A stretch of 64,000 nt of DNA, taken from positions 249,862,001-249,926,000 of the forward strand of contig NC_086097.1 of NCBI RefSeq assembly GCF_963921235.1. Direction: 5' to 3'. Position 1 is the stretch's first letter; each line of letters opens with the position of its first letter. The notes beneath the pieces were generated by a model. That model did not search any database. It had not been told where the DNA came from and worked only from the letters and a program-made list of their open reading frames with translations. The stretch comes from Mobula hypostoma (lineage: Eukaryota). The translations under genes were made by a program, and so were the position numbers. Below, piece after piece: positions 1-12,075 of the stretch.

Positions 1-599
1 CTGACCTGCTGAGTTCCTTCAGCGTGTTGTCAGTGTTACTTTGAGCCCAGCATCTGCAGAGTATTTTGTGTTTAGAATCTGTGGCACTGTCCAATTAGAT
101 AGATATTTAATCATTCACTTTACATCAGCTTAAGTACAATTTTTAAGGGTCAAATTTTAGAATTCAGCTGCAAGTAACACTAGTTTCCAGCAATTCTGGA
201 ATTACTGAAAGGGGCCAAAATACAATTTTCACGAACTTGTAAAAACTGCAATAGTTGGCATCAAGCATTTCCACTAATTAAGGAAAGAACGTTCCATTCT
301 GATTAGAAGAGCCAGGTTCAAGAGATAATCATTTCCACACGATGAAAATTATTGTCAAAGTAGTACTCAAATATTTATATTCATATCGTTTAAGGGTCGA
401 CTCTATAGATACTGCCTGACCTGCTGAGTTCTTCCAGCATTTTGTGTGTTACTTTACATTAATAGCACTCTGTTTTGCAAAGATAAATCCTTCGTAAATC
501 CTTCCTATAAATTAATTGCGACGTGAAAATCGTTCGGTAGTTGAAAGCTAAGCCCCATTGAAATAGCGCTGTTAAAATCAGAGAACGGTAGTCAACAAT

Positions 600-1930
600 T
601 TCACCAAGAACCGCAAGCGCGCCCCACAAAAGGACACTGCGGCTCTGAGCCTAACCGAACTGGCCAAACTCACGCAGCCAAAAAAAAAATCAGCTTGTGT
701 ATAAATAGAAGTTTGTCAAGTCAAAACCAAAATCTTTTCCTTATTTTCTTTTTAGAAGAGGGAAGTGATACCGACGCTTTCCACAGGCCTGACTGTGGCT
801 GGATGCCCCTTACCTTAATTGCTCGCCAGTGATTAAAACCTCGGCCATGTGCTCCAGATCAGCAGTTTTCTTCTGCACCGCGTTGCCAGCTCCTTCCATT
901 TCGAGGAAGTCTCCGGGACCGATTGCTGCGCCTTGTGGGGAAGGAAAAGGAAGGGGGAAAAAAACGAGTTGATATGCCCCAGCATGGGAGGATTTCCTGG
1001 CGAAGAGACGAGAAAGCCCTCATCGCCAACAGCCACAATAAGTTACAACGCCGACACCAAACACCTCGCATGGAATTGCCAGATAGTATCTCAGCGATTA
1101 TTTTGCTTAAATACAATGTCTCTCTCAACAGAACGCAATTCCATAGACAGGGCTACGGAATCGCACACCGCGTGGCCCTTCGCCAAATCTCAATTAAACC
1201 CCCAAATCAAATATTCGCTGTCGATATAATCACTCCCGTTCTTTATTAACCCTGATACAAATAAGGTTTTGTGCAGCGCGGCTCGTTAAGACATGCCGGT
1301 GTTCTGTTTTGACGTTCAATCCTTGCTGCATTGAACCTCCGTTCAAACATCGGCAGGAATGTTAATAGAATTCCTGACCCGATGCCGACCCGAAACACAA
1401 TAAATCCAGCGCGCACACAACACAACACAGCCCCTGAAGAGCACTCTCTTCAAGATTTCATGCATAATTCACTGAATCTTACGTTTAACTCTGCTATCAA
1501 GCTATAAATTCCATAGCACCGCTTGATCCTGACGTAAATATTATGTTTTCTAAATCTCTTCATTTTTTTCCACAGCGATGCCTTTGAAAAACAAATACAA
1601 TCCTCCTTTTTCGCCCCCCTATCTAAAGCCAGCTTTTCTAAAAAACAAGCATTGCGTTATGCCGCTCAATCTCGAAGCGCTGCCTCGCTTTCTTACGTTC
1701 TGTCACGGAAAGGAAAACGTGCTCGCAGCCCTCCAGTTCCCTCGCTTGCTCTCGGTGTCGGTCTCCGATGAAAGTTTCTCAGCTCTATTTACACCCGAAC
1801 TCGCAGCGGTCCGCTCCACTCCGCTCCAGCCCCCAGCCCCGCCCAGCTCCTCGAACCCAATCCGAGACGCACCTCGGGTCTGCCCTCAGCTCCGGGGAAC
1901 ACGTCAGCCGCGCTCTGCAGCCGGACTGGG
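600..1930. promoter_or_regulatory. CpG-rich island covering DEPTOR exon 1, 5'UTR and promoter
   Basis: CpG density is visibly high against the CpG-depleted flanks, the stretch is repeat-free, and it surrounds the DEPTOR start. Boundaries approximate. Confidence 0.65.
814..899 (-). CDS. DEPTOR: DEPTOR (DEP domain-containing mTOR-interacting protein) coding exon 1
   Basis: Minus strand ATG at 899 reads MEGAGNAVQKKTADLEHMAEVLITGEQL+AG, then donor GTAAGG at 813. Matches the vertebrate DEPTOR N-terminal motif LE(R/H)MAEVL(V/I)TGEQLR. Head-to-head with DSCC1 as in other vertebrates. This frame is not in the supplied ORF track. Confidence 0.93.
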
Positions 1931-1949
1931 AGATCACCAAGACTCAAAC

Positions 1950-2360
1950 ATTGTGGGGGGTTTTGCAATTCCAGATTGAATGGGTGATATTTTTAAATCC
2001 AATTTTACCAGGCTTGGAAGGCCTGGACAGAGTGGATGTGGAGAGGATGTTTCCTCCTACAGCGGGGGAGTTTTAAGACCAGAGGGGCACAGCCTTATAA
2101 TACAGGGGCGTCCTTTTAGAATGGAAATGAGGAGGAATTTCTTTCACTGGGGAGTGGTGAATCTGAAATTCTTTGCCACAGGCGGCCGTGGAGGCCAAGT
2201 CTTTACTATGTATTAAGGGAGAGGTTGATAGATTCTTGATTCGTTAGGACACGAGGTGAAACTGAGAGAAGGCAGGAGATTGGGGGCTGAAGGAAAGGGC
2301 GAAGCAGTCTCGACGGGCCAAATTCTTCCCCTATAACTTATGGTCTTATGATCTATTGGG
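1950..2360 (+). mobile_element. CR1-type LINE 3' fragment
   Basis: GLDRVDVERMFP and GHSLIIQGRPFRMEMRRNFF are C-terminal ORF2 motifs, followed by a CR1-type tail. Confidence 0.75.
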
Positions 2361-3454
2361 CATAACAGCAGTGGCAGCAGAACATAATTTCTGGGGCGAA
2401 GCGGCATATCTCCAGAGCAGTACACTGACGAGTTCAATTTGTGAAACGCGGCATATGAAGGGTCTCGGCCTAAACTTCATCCTTCTCCATGGCTAAACTG
2501 CTGAGTAAAACACGGGTGTGTGTTATTCTGGAGTTAAGCATCTGCAGAACCTATAGGGTCTATGTTTAGAACCTTTGGTAATTTTGCATAATTATCAATG
2601 GAGATTTTGAATAATAATATAATATTAAGAATAAACATACAACAGTAGAGCAAATGAGTGGTACAACTGGTCTGATCAGTAATATATTATTTATTTGCTA
2701 TTTTGTTCTGATGGTCTTTGCTGATCATACTTGATGAAAGGTCTGCCAGTGGTTGTTTGGTAATTTGGTATCTGTAAGGAGTCTGTAGATCCTCCCCGTG
2801 GAATGCTGATTAGTAGGTTAATTGTTTCACTCACAACACGCTGGAGGAACTCAGCAGGTCAGGCAGCATCCGTGGAAAAGATTGGTCGACGTTTCGGGCT
2901 GGAATTGTTTATAGTAAATTATCCCATGATTGGGCTCGGGTTAAATCAGTATTGCTGGGTGTTGTGCTTGAAGGGCCGGAAGGTCCTATTACGCCCTGCA
3001 TTTCCAAATAAAAAAAATTTTTTAAAAATTAAACTCATCCAAACTTCCACTCATTCCTGTCCCTTCGTGAATCTGGGTGACTTCCATTGATTCTTGGTTC
3101 AATAACACTGCAAATTTAATGCTCTCCTCTTGGTAGCCTCGATTTTCCTTTCAGAATTTCTCCCTTTATAAATAAACACAGATTCTGCAGAAGCTTGAAA
3201 TCCAGAGTGACACTCAAAATGCTGGAGGATCTCATCAGGTCAGGCAGCATCTATGGAGGTACATAAACACTCGACATTTCGGGCTGAGAACCTTCTTTAG
3301 GACTGGAAAGGAAGGGGGCAGAAGCCAGAATAAGAAGGTGTGGGGAGGTGAAGGAGTACCAGCTGGCAGGTGATAGGTGAAGGCAGGTGAGGGGGAAGGT
3401 GGGTGGGTGGGGGGAAGAGGAAATGAAGTAGAATGCTGGGAGGTGACAGGTCAG

Positions 3455-4580
3455 AATCAGAATTAGGTTTCATATCACCGGCATGTGTTGTGAAGTTTGT
3501 TAACTTAGCGACAGCAGTACATGTACTACATGATTAAGATAGAAAAATAAATACTGTAAATAAATTACAATAAGTATGTGTATTAAATAGTTAATATACA
3601 AATAGTACAAAAACAGAAATTTAAAAAATGAGGTAGTGTCATGGGTTCAATGTCCATTCAGAAATCAGATGGCAGAGGGGAAGAAGCTATTCCTGAATTG
3701 CTGAGTGTGTGCCTTCAGGCTTCCGTACCTCCTTCCTGAGGTAACAGTGAGAAGAGTGCATGCCCTGGGCGATGGTGGTCCTTAATAACAGATGTCATCT
3801 TTCTGAGACACCACTCCTTGAAGATGACTTGTACCCATGATGGAGCTAAGTATTTTACAACTTTCTGTAGCTTCTTTTGATCTTTTGCAGTTGCCCCCGG
3901 CCCCTTACTGGACAATGATGCAGCCTGTCTGAATGCTCTCCACGTTACATCTGAGTGTTTTAGGTGACAAACCAAATTTCCTTAAACTCCTAGTGAAGTA
4001 TAGTCACTGTCTTGCCTTCTCGATAGCTACATTGATATGTTGGAACTTGAAATTGCTCACTCTCTCCATTTCTGATCCCTCTTTGAGGACTGGTTCATAT
4101 TCCCTCATTTTATTCTTTCTGAACTCCACTATTAGCTCTTTGGTCTTCTTGACATTGAGTGTAAGGTAGTTGCTGCAACAGCACTCAAATGTCTGATATA
4201 TTTCACTCCTGTACGCCCTCTTGTCTTCATCTGAGATTCTGCCAACAAAGGTGGTGTCATCAACAAATTTGTAGATGGCATTTGAGCTATACCTAGCCAC
4301 ACAGTTATGGGTATAGAGAGAATAGATCAGTGGGCTAAGCACATACCCCTGAGTTGGGTCACTATTGCTCATCAGCAAAGAGGAGATGTTATTGCTAATT
4401 CACACAAATTGTGGTCCTCTGGTTAGCAAGTCAAGGATCCAATGGCAGAGGAAGGTTCAGAGCCCCAGGTTCTGTAGCTTATCAATCAGGATTGTAGGAA
4501 TGGTGGTATTAAACGCTGAGCTATAATCAATTAACAGCACCCTGTATTGTCCAGGTGCTCCAAAGCCACGTGAAGAGCCA
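3455..4580 (-). mobile_element. Rex1/Babar-like non-LTR retrotransposon RT and 3' fragment
   Basis: ORF 4004-4378 contains QGYVLSPLIYSLYTHNC...KFVDDTT...LNVKKTKELIVEFR. Tail carries the (TCTGAT)-like repeat shared with many copies in the window. Confidence 0.75.
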
Positions 4581-5339
4581 TTGGGCTTGCATCAACTCAC
4601 ACCTATTGTGGTGATGGACAAAGGTGAAGGGCTGAAGAAGGAATCTGATAGGAGAGGGGAGTGGACCGTGGGAGAAAGGAACGTGCAGGGAGCACCAGAG
4701 GGAGGTGATAGGCAGGTGAAAAGAAGAGAAGGGATAAGAGGGGAGCCAGAACAGGGAGGGGATAAAGAGAAAAGTGGGACGGGGAGAAAATTCCTTGTGT
4801 TTTCTGCCACTCATCAGAAAATACGTCAGGTCATTAAGAGCGAGCAGAGCAATCAGAATCAGGTTTATTATCACTGGCATATGTTGTGAAATGTGTTATC
4901 TTGTGGCAGCAATACATTGCAATACATAATAAAAATAAATTAGAGTAAATATATATATTGAAAAGTTAAATAAGTAGTGCAGAAAGAGAAGAAAAAATGT
5001 AGTGAAATTGTGTTCATGGGTTCAATGTCCTTTCAGAAATCTGAGGGAAAGAAGCTGTTCCTGAAACGTTGCGCGTGTGCCTCCAGGCTCCTATACCTCC
5101 TCCCTGGTGGTAGCAATGAAAAGAGGGCATCCTCTGGGCGATTGGAGTCCTTAATGATGGATCAGATTTCGCTTATACATCTTTCTCAATCTTGAAGAGA
5201 CCATGGTTGACTATACATTGAAAATGAGTTACTATATTAAAAGCTTTATGTAGATGCATGTTTTTATCTCTCAGTTATGACATGTATTACATCCCATGTA
5301 TGAGTCCCTGCTCATTCTCCATATCATCATACATGTTAG

Positions 5340-5880
5340 AACATAAAACCTAGAACAGGACAGCACAGTGTACAAACCTTTTAACCTTCTCTCCGATCAA
5401 TCTAACACTCCCCTCCAACATAAACCTCTATTTTACTATCATCCACATGCCTATCTATGAGTCTCTTAAATGTCCCCAGTGTATCTGCCTCTACCACCAC
5501 CTCGGGCAGCAATTTCTATACACCCACCAATCTTTGTGTAAAAATCTTACTTCTCACTTCCCCCAAATACTTTCCTCAAATCACATTAAAATTATATCCC
5601 CTTGTATTACTGTCTCCCTTTCCACCCTGGGAAAAAGCCTCTGGCTATCCATTCTATCTGTGCCTATTATCATCTTCTACACTCTATCAAGTCACTTCCC
5701 ATCCTCCTTCACTCCACAGAGAAAAGTCCTAACTCACCCAGGCTGTCTTCATAAGACATACCCCCTTATCCAGGCAGCATCCCGGTAAACCTCCTCTGCA
5801 CCCTCTCTAAAGCTTCCACATGCTTCCTATAATGACGTAACCAGAACTGAGCATAATATCCCAAGTGTGGACTCACCAAG
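5340..5880 (-). mobile_element. CR1-type LINE 3' fragment
   Basis: Reverse complement resembles the 3' end of the CR1 at 21250-21800. Confidence 0.65.
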
Positions 5881-6245
5881 GATGTTATATTGGTAAATTG
5901 GTTTGTAATTGTCACATGAACCAAAATACAGTGGAAAACTTAGCTTGCATACCATCAGTACAGATCAATTCATTATAACAGTGCTCTGAGTTAGATCAAA
6001 GTAAAACAATAACAAAATGCAGAATAAAGTGTTACAGTTACAGAGTAAGTGTACTGCACCTAAACAATAAGGTGCAAGGTCATAACAAGCTCAAGTGTCC
6101 ATCTCATTGTATTAGGGGATTGCTCAATTGTCGTATAATAGCAGGATAGAAGCTGTTATAGCTGCTTCAGGCTTTTGTATCTTCTGCCCAATGGGAGGGG
6201 AGAGAAGAGAGAAGGTCCATCGTGGGTGGGGTCTTTGATTATGTC

Positions 6246-7470
6246 AGATGCTTTGGCAGAGTTTGCAGGCCATTACTTCCTACGAGGTGAAACCTAACAT
6301 CATGAATAGCTGTGATGCTTCACTCCCAGATGAGCTAATGCCTTTTAAGCACACTTTGAAAGGGAGAATAAAATTACCTGTGCAAATCACTACAGCATTT
6401 GGTGACCCCACGATCTCTGTCTCAGAGACCAATGTCAGAATATCTTTCAGGAGATTGAACCCGTGCAAGGCATCGGGCCCTGCTGACGTACCTGGAATGG
6501 CACTGAAAACCTGTGCCAACCAAGTAGTAGGTGTTGTTGTGGCGTGGATGAAATCACCAGAGAGACAGAGTTACTGGTAGATACAAAGCAGCTTCTTTAT
6601 TCGACACAACAAGGTACAGCAGGCATCATACGGACAGAGACCCTTTGGCGGAAAGGGCTGCTAGCCCAATGTGGGCTGGATATTTATTTGCTAAACACAA
6701 AGGGCAATCCCTAATTACAAAGTTATAGACAATGCTTTCTTTTGAAGCCACATACAAAACATCACACCTTCTGACTTCATCCTTTCCTCCTGACGCCCGC
6801 ATGTCTGGGTTGGTACTCACAGCCTTTAGGAATGCAAGTTAAATCCACAATATATTTATTTGTAAAATAACCTGCTAACATAGAGGACAATTCATATTTA
6901 TAAAGTTATAGATAAGGCTGTCTTCAAAACTACCTGTAAACTTCACACTTCCATCCGCAGTGTCTGGGCGAGTATCCTGGTACGTACAGCTTTTAGGAAA
7001 TGCATTGTTGTGAACTCAGTCCACAGTACTTGTGAAACAGAAGACTGGTGGCCAAAGTCATTTAAGTGCAAATGAATCATCTACCCAAACTCGCTCTAAC
7101 AGGCATTTTCAAGGACATCTTCAATCTTTCAGTGTTGCAGTAGGAGTTTCCAACCCGCTTCGAAAGAGCAACAATCATACCCGTGCCCAAGATGAGCAGC
7201 GTGAGTTACCCTAATGACTATTGCACACTTGCACTCACACCTGCTATGATAAAGTTGATCAATACCTGCCTAAGCCAGGACCTGGACCTGCTGCAATTTG
7301 CCTATCACTGTAATAGCCCAATAGCAGATGTAATTTTATTGGTTCTCCACATGGCCTTGGATCATCTGCACAATTGCAATACCTACGTATGACAGGCTGC
7401 TATTTATTGATTACAGCTCAGTATTCAACACCATCAGTAATAATCAACAAGCTTCAAAACCTGGGCCTCC
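6246..7470 (+). mobile_element. Rex1/Babar-like LINE fragment interrupted by a solo LTR
   Basis: LWQSLQAITSY...LNPCKASGPADVPGMALKTCANQ resumes after 7106 with DLLQFAY...ALDHL. Confidence 0.75.
6535..7101 (-). mobile_element. Solo LTR (567 bp)
   Basis: TGTTG...TAACA termini. Flanks GGTGT (6530-6534) and GGCAT (7102-7106) fit a CpG-decayed 5-bp TSD. AATAAA on the minus strand near 6596-6601. Cleanly interrupts a LINE. Confidence 0.7.
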
Positions 7471-7477
7471 TTACCTC

Positions 7478-8159
7478 AAGCAACACACATCAAAGTTGCT
7501 GGTGAACGCAGCAGGCCAGGCAGCATCTCTAGGAAGAGGTACAGTCGACATTTCGGGCCGAGACCCTTTATCAGGACTAACTGAAGGAAGAGTTAGTAAG
7601 AGATTTGAAAGTGGGAGGGGGAGGGGGAGATCCAAAATGATAGGAGAAGACAGGAGGGGGAGGGATGGAGCCAAGAGCTGGACAGGTGATTGGCAAAAAG
7701 GATATGAGAAGATCATGGGATAGGAGGCCCATGAAAAAGGCAAAGGGGGAGGGGGGAAAACCCAGAGGATGGGCAAGGGGTATAGTCAGAGGGACAGAGG
7801 GAGAAAAAGGAGAGAGAGAGAGAGAAAGAATGTGTGTATATAAATAAATAACGAATGGGGTACGAGGGGGAGGTGGGGCATTAGCGGAAGTTTGAGAAGT
7901 CAATGTTCATGCCATCAGGTTGGAGGCTACCCAGATGGAATATAAGGTGTCATTCCTCCAACCTGAGTGTGGCTTCATCTTTACTTCTCAAACTTCTGCT
8001 AATGCCCCACCTCCCCCCCCCGTACCCCATCCGTTATTTATTTATTTTTATACACACATTCTTTTTCTCTCTCTCCTTTTTCTCCCTCTGTCCCTCTCAC
8101 TATAACCCTTGCCCATCCTCTGGGCTTCTCTCCTCCCCCTTTTCTTTCTCCATAGGCCT
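7478..8159. mobile_element. Penelope-like element terminal repeat (pLTR) with an adjacent inverted partial copy
   Basis: Minus-strand pLTR with a degenerate hammerhead at 7541-7578. 7720-7900 is repeated inverted at 7983-8159. Confidence 0.7.
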
Positions 8160-9965
8160 GCACTACCCTCATCTATATGCCTGGTCACCTCCTCAAAGAA
8201 CTCTATCAGGCTTGTTAGACACGATCCGCCCTTCACAAAGCCATGCTGACTGTCCCTGATCAGACCATGATTCTCTAAATGCCCATAGATCATATCTCTA
8301 AGAATCTTTTTCAACAGCTTTCCCACCACAGATGTAAGGCTCACTGGTCTATAATTACCCGAACTATCCCTACTACCTTTTTTGAACAAGGGAACAACAT
8401 TGGCCTCCCTCCAATCCTCCAGTACCATTCCCGTAGACAACGAGGACATAAAGACCCTAGCCAGAGGCTCAGCAATCACTTCCCTCGCCTCGTGGAGCAG
8501 CCTGGGGAATATTCCCTCAGGCCCCGGGGACTTATCCATCCTAATGTATTTTAACAACTCCAACACCTCCTCTCCCTTAATATCAACATGTTCCAGAACA
8601 TCAACCTCATTTATATTGTCCTCATCGTCATCAAGTTCCCTCTCATTGGTGAATACTGAAGAGAGATATTCATTGAGGGCCTCGCTTACTTCCACAGCCT
8701 CGGGGTACATCCTCCCACCTTTATCTCTAATCGGTCCTACCTTCACTCCTGTCATCCTTTTGTTCTTCACATAATTGAAGAACGCCTTGGGGTTTTCCTT
8801 TACCCTACTCGCCAAGGCCTTCTCATGCCCCCTTCTTGCTCTTCTCAGCCCCTTCTTAAGGTCCTTTCTTGCTTCCCTATATTCCTCAGTAGACCTACCT
8901 GATCCTTGCTTCCTAAACCTCATGTATGCTGCCTTCTTCCACCTGACTAGATTTTCCACCTCACTTGTCACCCATGGTTCCTTCACCGTACCATTCTCTA
9001 TCTTCCTCACCAGGACAAATTTATCCCTCACATCCTGCAAGAGATCCCTAAACATCGACCACATGTCCATAGTACATTTCCCTGCAAAAGCATCATCCCA
9101 ATTCACACCCGCAACTTCTAGCCTTATAGCCTCATAATTTGCCCTTCCCCAATTAAAAAATTTTCTTTCCTTTCTGATTCTATCCTTTTCCATGATAATG
9201 CTGAAGGCCAGGGAGCGGTGGTCACTGTCCCCCAGATGTTCACCCACTGAGAGATCTGTGACCTGACCCGGTTCATTACCTAATACTAGATCTAGTATGG
9301 CATTCCCCCTAGTCGGCCTGTCAACATACTGTGACAGGAATCTGTCCTGGACACACTTAACAAACTCTGCCCCATCTAAACCCTTGGAACTAATCAGGTG
9401 CCAATCGCTATTAGGGAAGTTAAAGTCACCCATGATAACAACCCTGTTATTTTTGCACCTTTCCAAAATCTGCCTCCCAATCTGCTCCTCGGTATCTCTG
9501 CTGCTACCAGGGGGTCTATAGAATACTCCCAATAGAGTAACTGCTCCCTTCTTGTTCCTGACTTCCACCTATACTGACTCAAAAGAGGATCCTGCTACAT
9601 TACCCACCCTTTCTGTAGCTGTAATAGTATCCCTGACCAGTAATGCCACCCCTCCTCCCCTTTTCCTCCCTCTCTATCACTTTTAAAGCACTGAAATTCA
9701 AGAATATTGAGAATCCATTCCTGCCCTGGTGCCAGCCAAGTCTCTGTAATGGCCACTACATCATAATTCCATGTATGTATCCAAGCTCTCAGTTCATCAC
9801 CTTTGTTCCTGTACTTCTTGCATTGAAGTACACACACTTTAGCTCTTCTACCTTTACACCCTTTATTCTGCTTCTCTTTCCTCAAAGCCTCTCTGTATGT
9901 TAGATCTGGCTTTACTCCATGCACTTCTTTCACTGCTCCATCGCTCCATCCCCCTTGCAAATTAG
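8156..9965 (-). mobile_element. CR1-type LINE ORF2 fragment (APE endonuclease to RT start)
   Basis: ORF 8048-9568 contains GVFYRPP, MGDFNFP, ILDLVL, SDH, KSPGPEGI, NYRPVSLTSVVGK and QHGF. Confidence 0.9.
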
Positions 9966-10948
9966 TACAGAAGCCTGAAGGCACACATTTAGCGATTCAG
10001 GAACACTACCTCGCTACTTGTTTATTTCTGTTATTTTGCTCAGCTTATTTCAACTTAACTATTTAGTAGACATACATATACTTAACGTAACTCAGTCTTT
10101 TTCTCAATAATCATTTATCAGATATTTCATTGTACTGTTGCCATAACAAATTTCATGACATATGCTGGTGATATTAAATCTGCTTGGTATTAAAGTATAA
10201 CAGAGAGGTTGATATAAATGAAGCATTTCAGAAAACCTGTAAAATTATTAATATTAATCTTTTAAAAACACAGTTGGAAAGAAACATCATTTCTAACAAC
10301 GCCAAGCATTGTGGGCATGCTGTGTTGGTGCCGGAATGTGTAGTGACATTTGCAGTCCCCAACCTCCCCCCAGCTCATTCTTAGGTTATGTTGGTTGTTA
10401 ACGACACACTTCATTGTATGTTTCCATGTAGACGTGATAAATAAATCTAAACCTGAATCTAATTAGTATTGCTACTGAAACTATTTACCATGCAAATACT
10501 GATCTGTACACCAGATCTGCAAGGATTTCAAACCCGTATCATCTAACACCATGTGTTCTCACAACCATCTAGCTGGCATCTAGCTGCGTGAGATGTTTCC
10601 TGTGAAAACAGCTCTCCGCTCTCAGGCTGTGAAAAGTATTCACTGCTTCATTTGGCAGTAAAGATAATTATTATGCATCTGTTTATGACGACTGGGGCTT
10701 AAGAAATAGAGGGTTTGAGCCCCATAATACTCCTATCAATGTCTGCAACATTATACTACTGATATGATGATATGTAATATTCATTTTTATATACCCCCTC
10801 CTCCCCCCACCCCATTAGGGTGCTATGGAAGGTCATTAGCATTTCCAGAACAAAAGAAAGCATCTTGCATCTGTCGTGGGGTTCTGAGTTTCTTGCTTGA
10901 GGAGGACATATGATTTTGGACACTGCATAGTTACCTATACACTGAGAA

Positions 10949-11977
10949 CACTGGACAACAAAGACTTTGCTTCCTGAATACTTTGGGATTTTGGTTGCTG
11001 ATCATGAAAATCACACACCATTTTTTGAAATTGGCTATATTTCTTATTTCAATTCATAATTCGAGATACAATAACTGATGCCAATATTAAGGAAGGCACT
11101 TTGTTGGCCTACAAAGCAAACAGGTCATCAATGACAGGCAATTCAAAGAACTTTTAGTGGGACAGGAGAAAGTTGCATCGAGGGCATTCAAGGATTTTGT
11201 TGAAAATTTTCTTGTCATCTACAGAGCAACAAACTACATGCAGCTAATTGACAACACACTTCAAGCATACAAAACCATGAAGTGCAACATGTCACTAACA
11301 ATTCATTTTCTGCATGGCAAAATACACAAAATGCTGGAGGAACTTTGCAGATCAAGCAGCATCTACAGAAATGAATAAACGGTTGACGTTTTGGGCCAAG
11401 CCCCTTCGTCAGTACTGTTTTGTCAGGCTAAGATGCCCTGAGGAAGGGTCTTGGCTTGAAACATGACTGTTTGTTCATGTCCGCAGATGTTGTCTGATAT
11501 GCTGAGCTCCTTCTATATTGTGCGTGTTTTCCCTCAGATTTCCAGCATCTGCAGATCTTCTCGTGTTTGTGATTCATTTTTTGCATTGCCTTTTAGACTT
11601 CTTCCCTGTAAATCTCGGTGCTGTCAGTGACAAGCGTGGTGAAAGGTTTCACCAGGACATTGCGGACATGAAGAAACAACATCAGGGCAACTGGAATTCA
11701 TCAATGCTGGCTGATTAGTGTTGGACACTTAAGTGAGAAGCCTCAGTAGAAATGAAAATCATCAACAAAACGTTTTTAGCTCAGATGAAATATTGCAAAG
11801 CGTCAGCACCATTATGCAATTAAACACATTATATTAAATAAAGTTACTTTCTTGTATCTCCAAATTCCTATGTGATATAAGTAGTCTGAAATTAATATTT
11901 GTGATCAGCCTCAAGCAGTCTATCATAAAAAAAAATTCTGAGGAAGGAACACTTTCGAAAAACTTTATTGTCCGGTG
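10949..11977 (+). mobile_element. Chapaev3-type (CMC superfamily) DNA transposon, internally deleted
   Basis: TIRs CACTGGACAACAAAG / CTTTATTGTCCGGTG with a 3-bp GAA duplication on both sides. Remnant transposase CNMSLTIHFLH...LDFFPVNLGAVSDKRGERFHQDI...QGNWNSSMLAD. Confidence 0.8.
11316..11571. mobile_element. Penelope-derived insertion of two inverted pLTR halves, inside the Chapaev transposase
   Basis: TSD ATTCATTTT(C/T)TGCAT at 11301-11315 and 11572-11586. Two opposed, degenerate hammerhead-bearing halves. Confidence 0.75.
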
Positions 11978-12075
11978 GAATTATCTGAGATGGTGTTCAT
12001 TGACCACGTATTACTGTTGGAAGTTGCACAGCCTGGCCTACTTACAAATAGCTATGTGGCTTCAATCCTGATCTG

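Noticed and set aside
1555..1600. Acceptor-like TTTTTTTCCACAG followed by ATG on the plus strand
   Set aside because: No matching donor or homologous peptide; an exon cannot be supported without transcript data.
833..1979. Several overlapping ORFs of 60-133 aa near the DEPTOR start
   Set aside because: Chance ORFs in a GC-rich island; the real coding frame is the 86-nt exon at 814-899.
8048..9568. 506-aa ORF as an active or domesticated gene
   Set aside because: Truncated CR1 ORF2 lacking the RT catalytic core; its C-terminus reads into a Penelope repeat.
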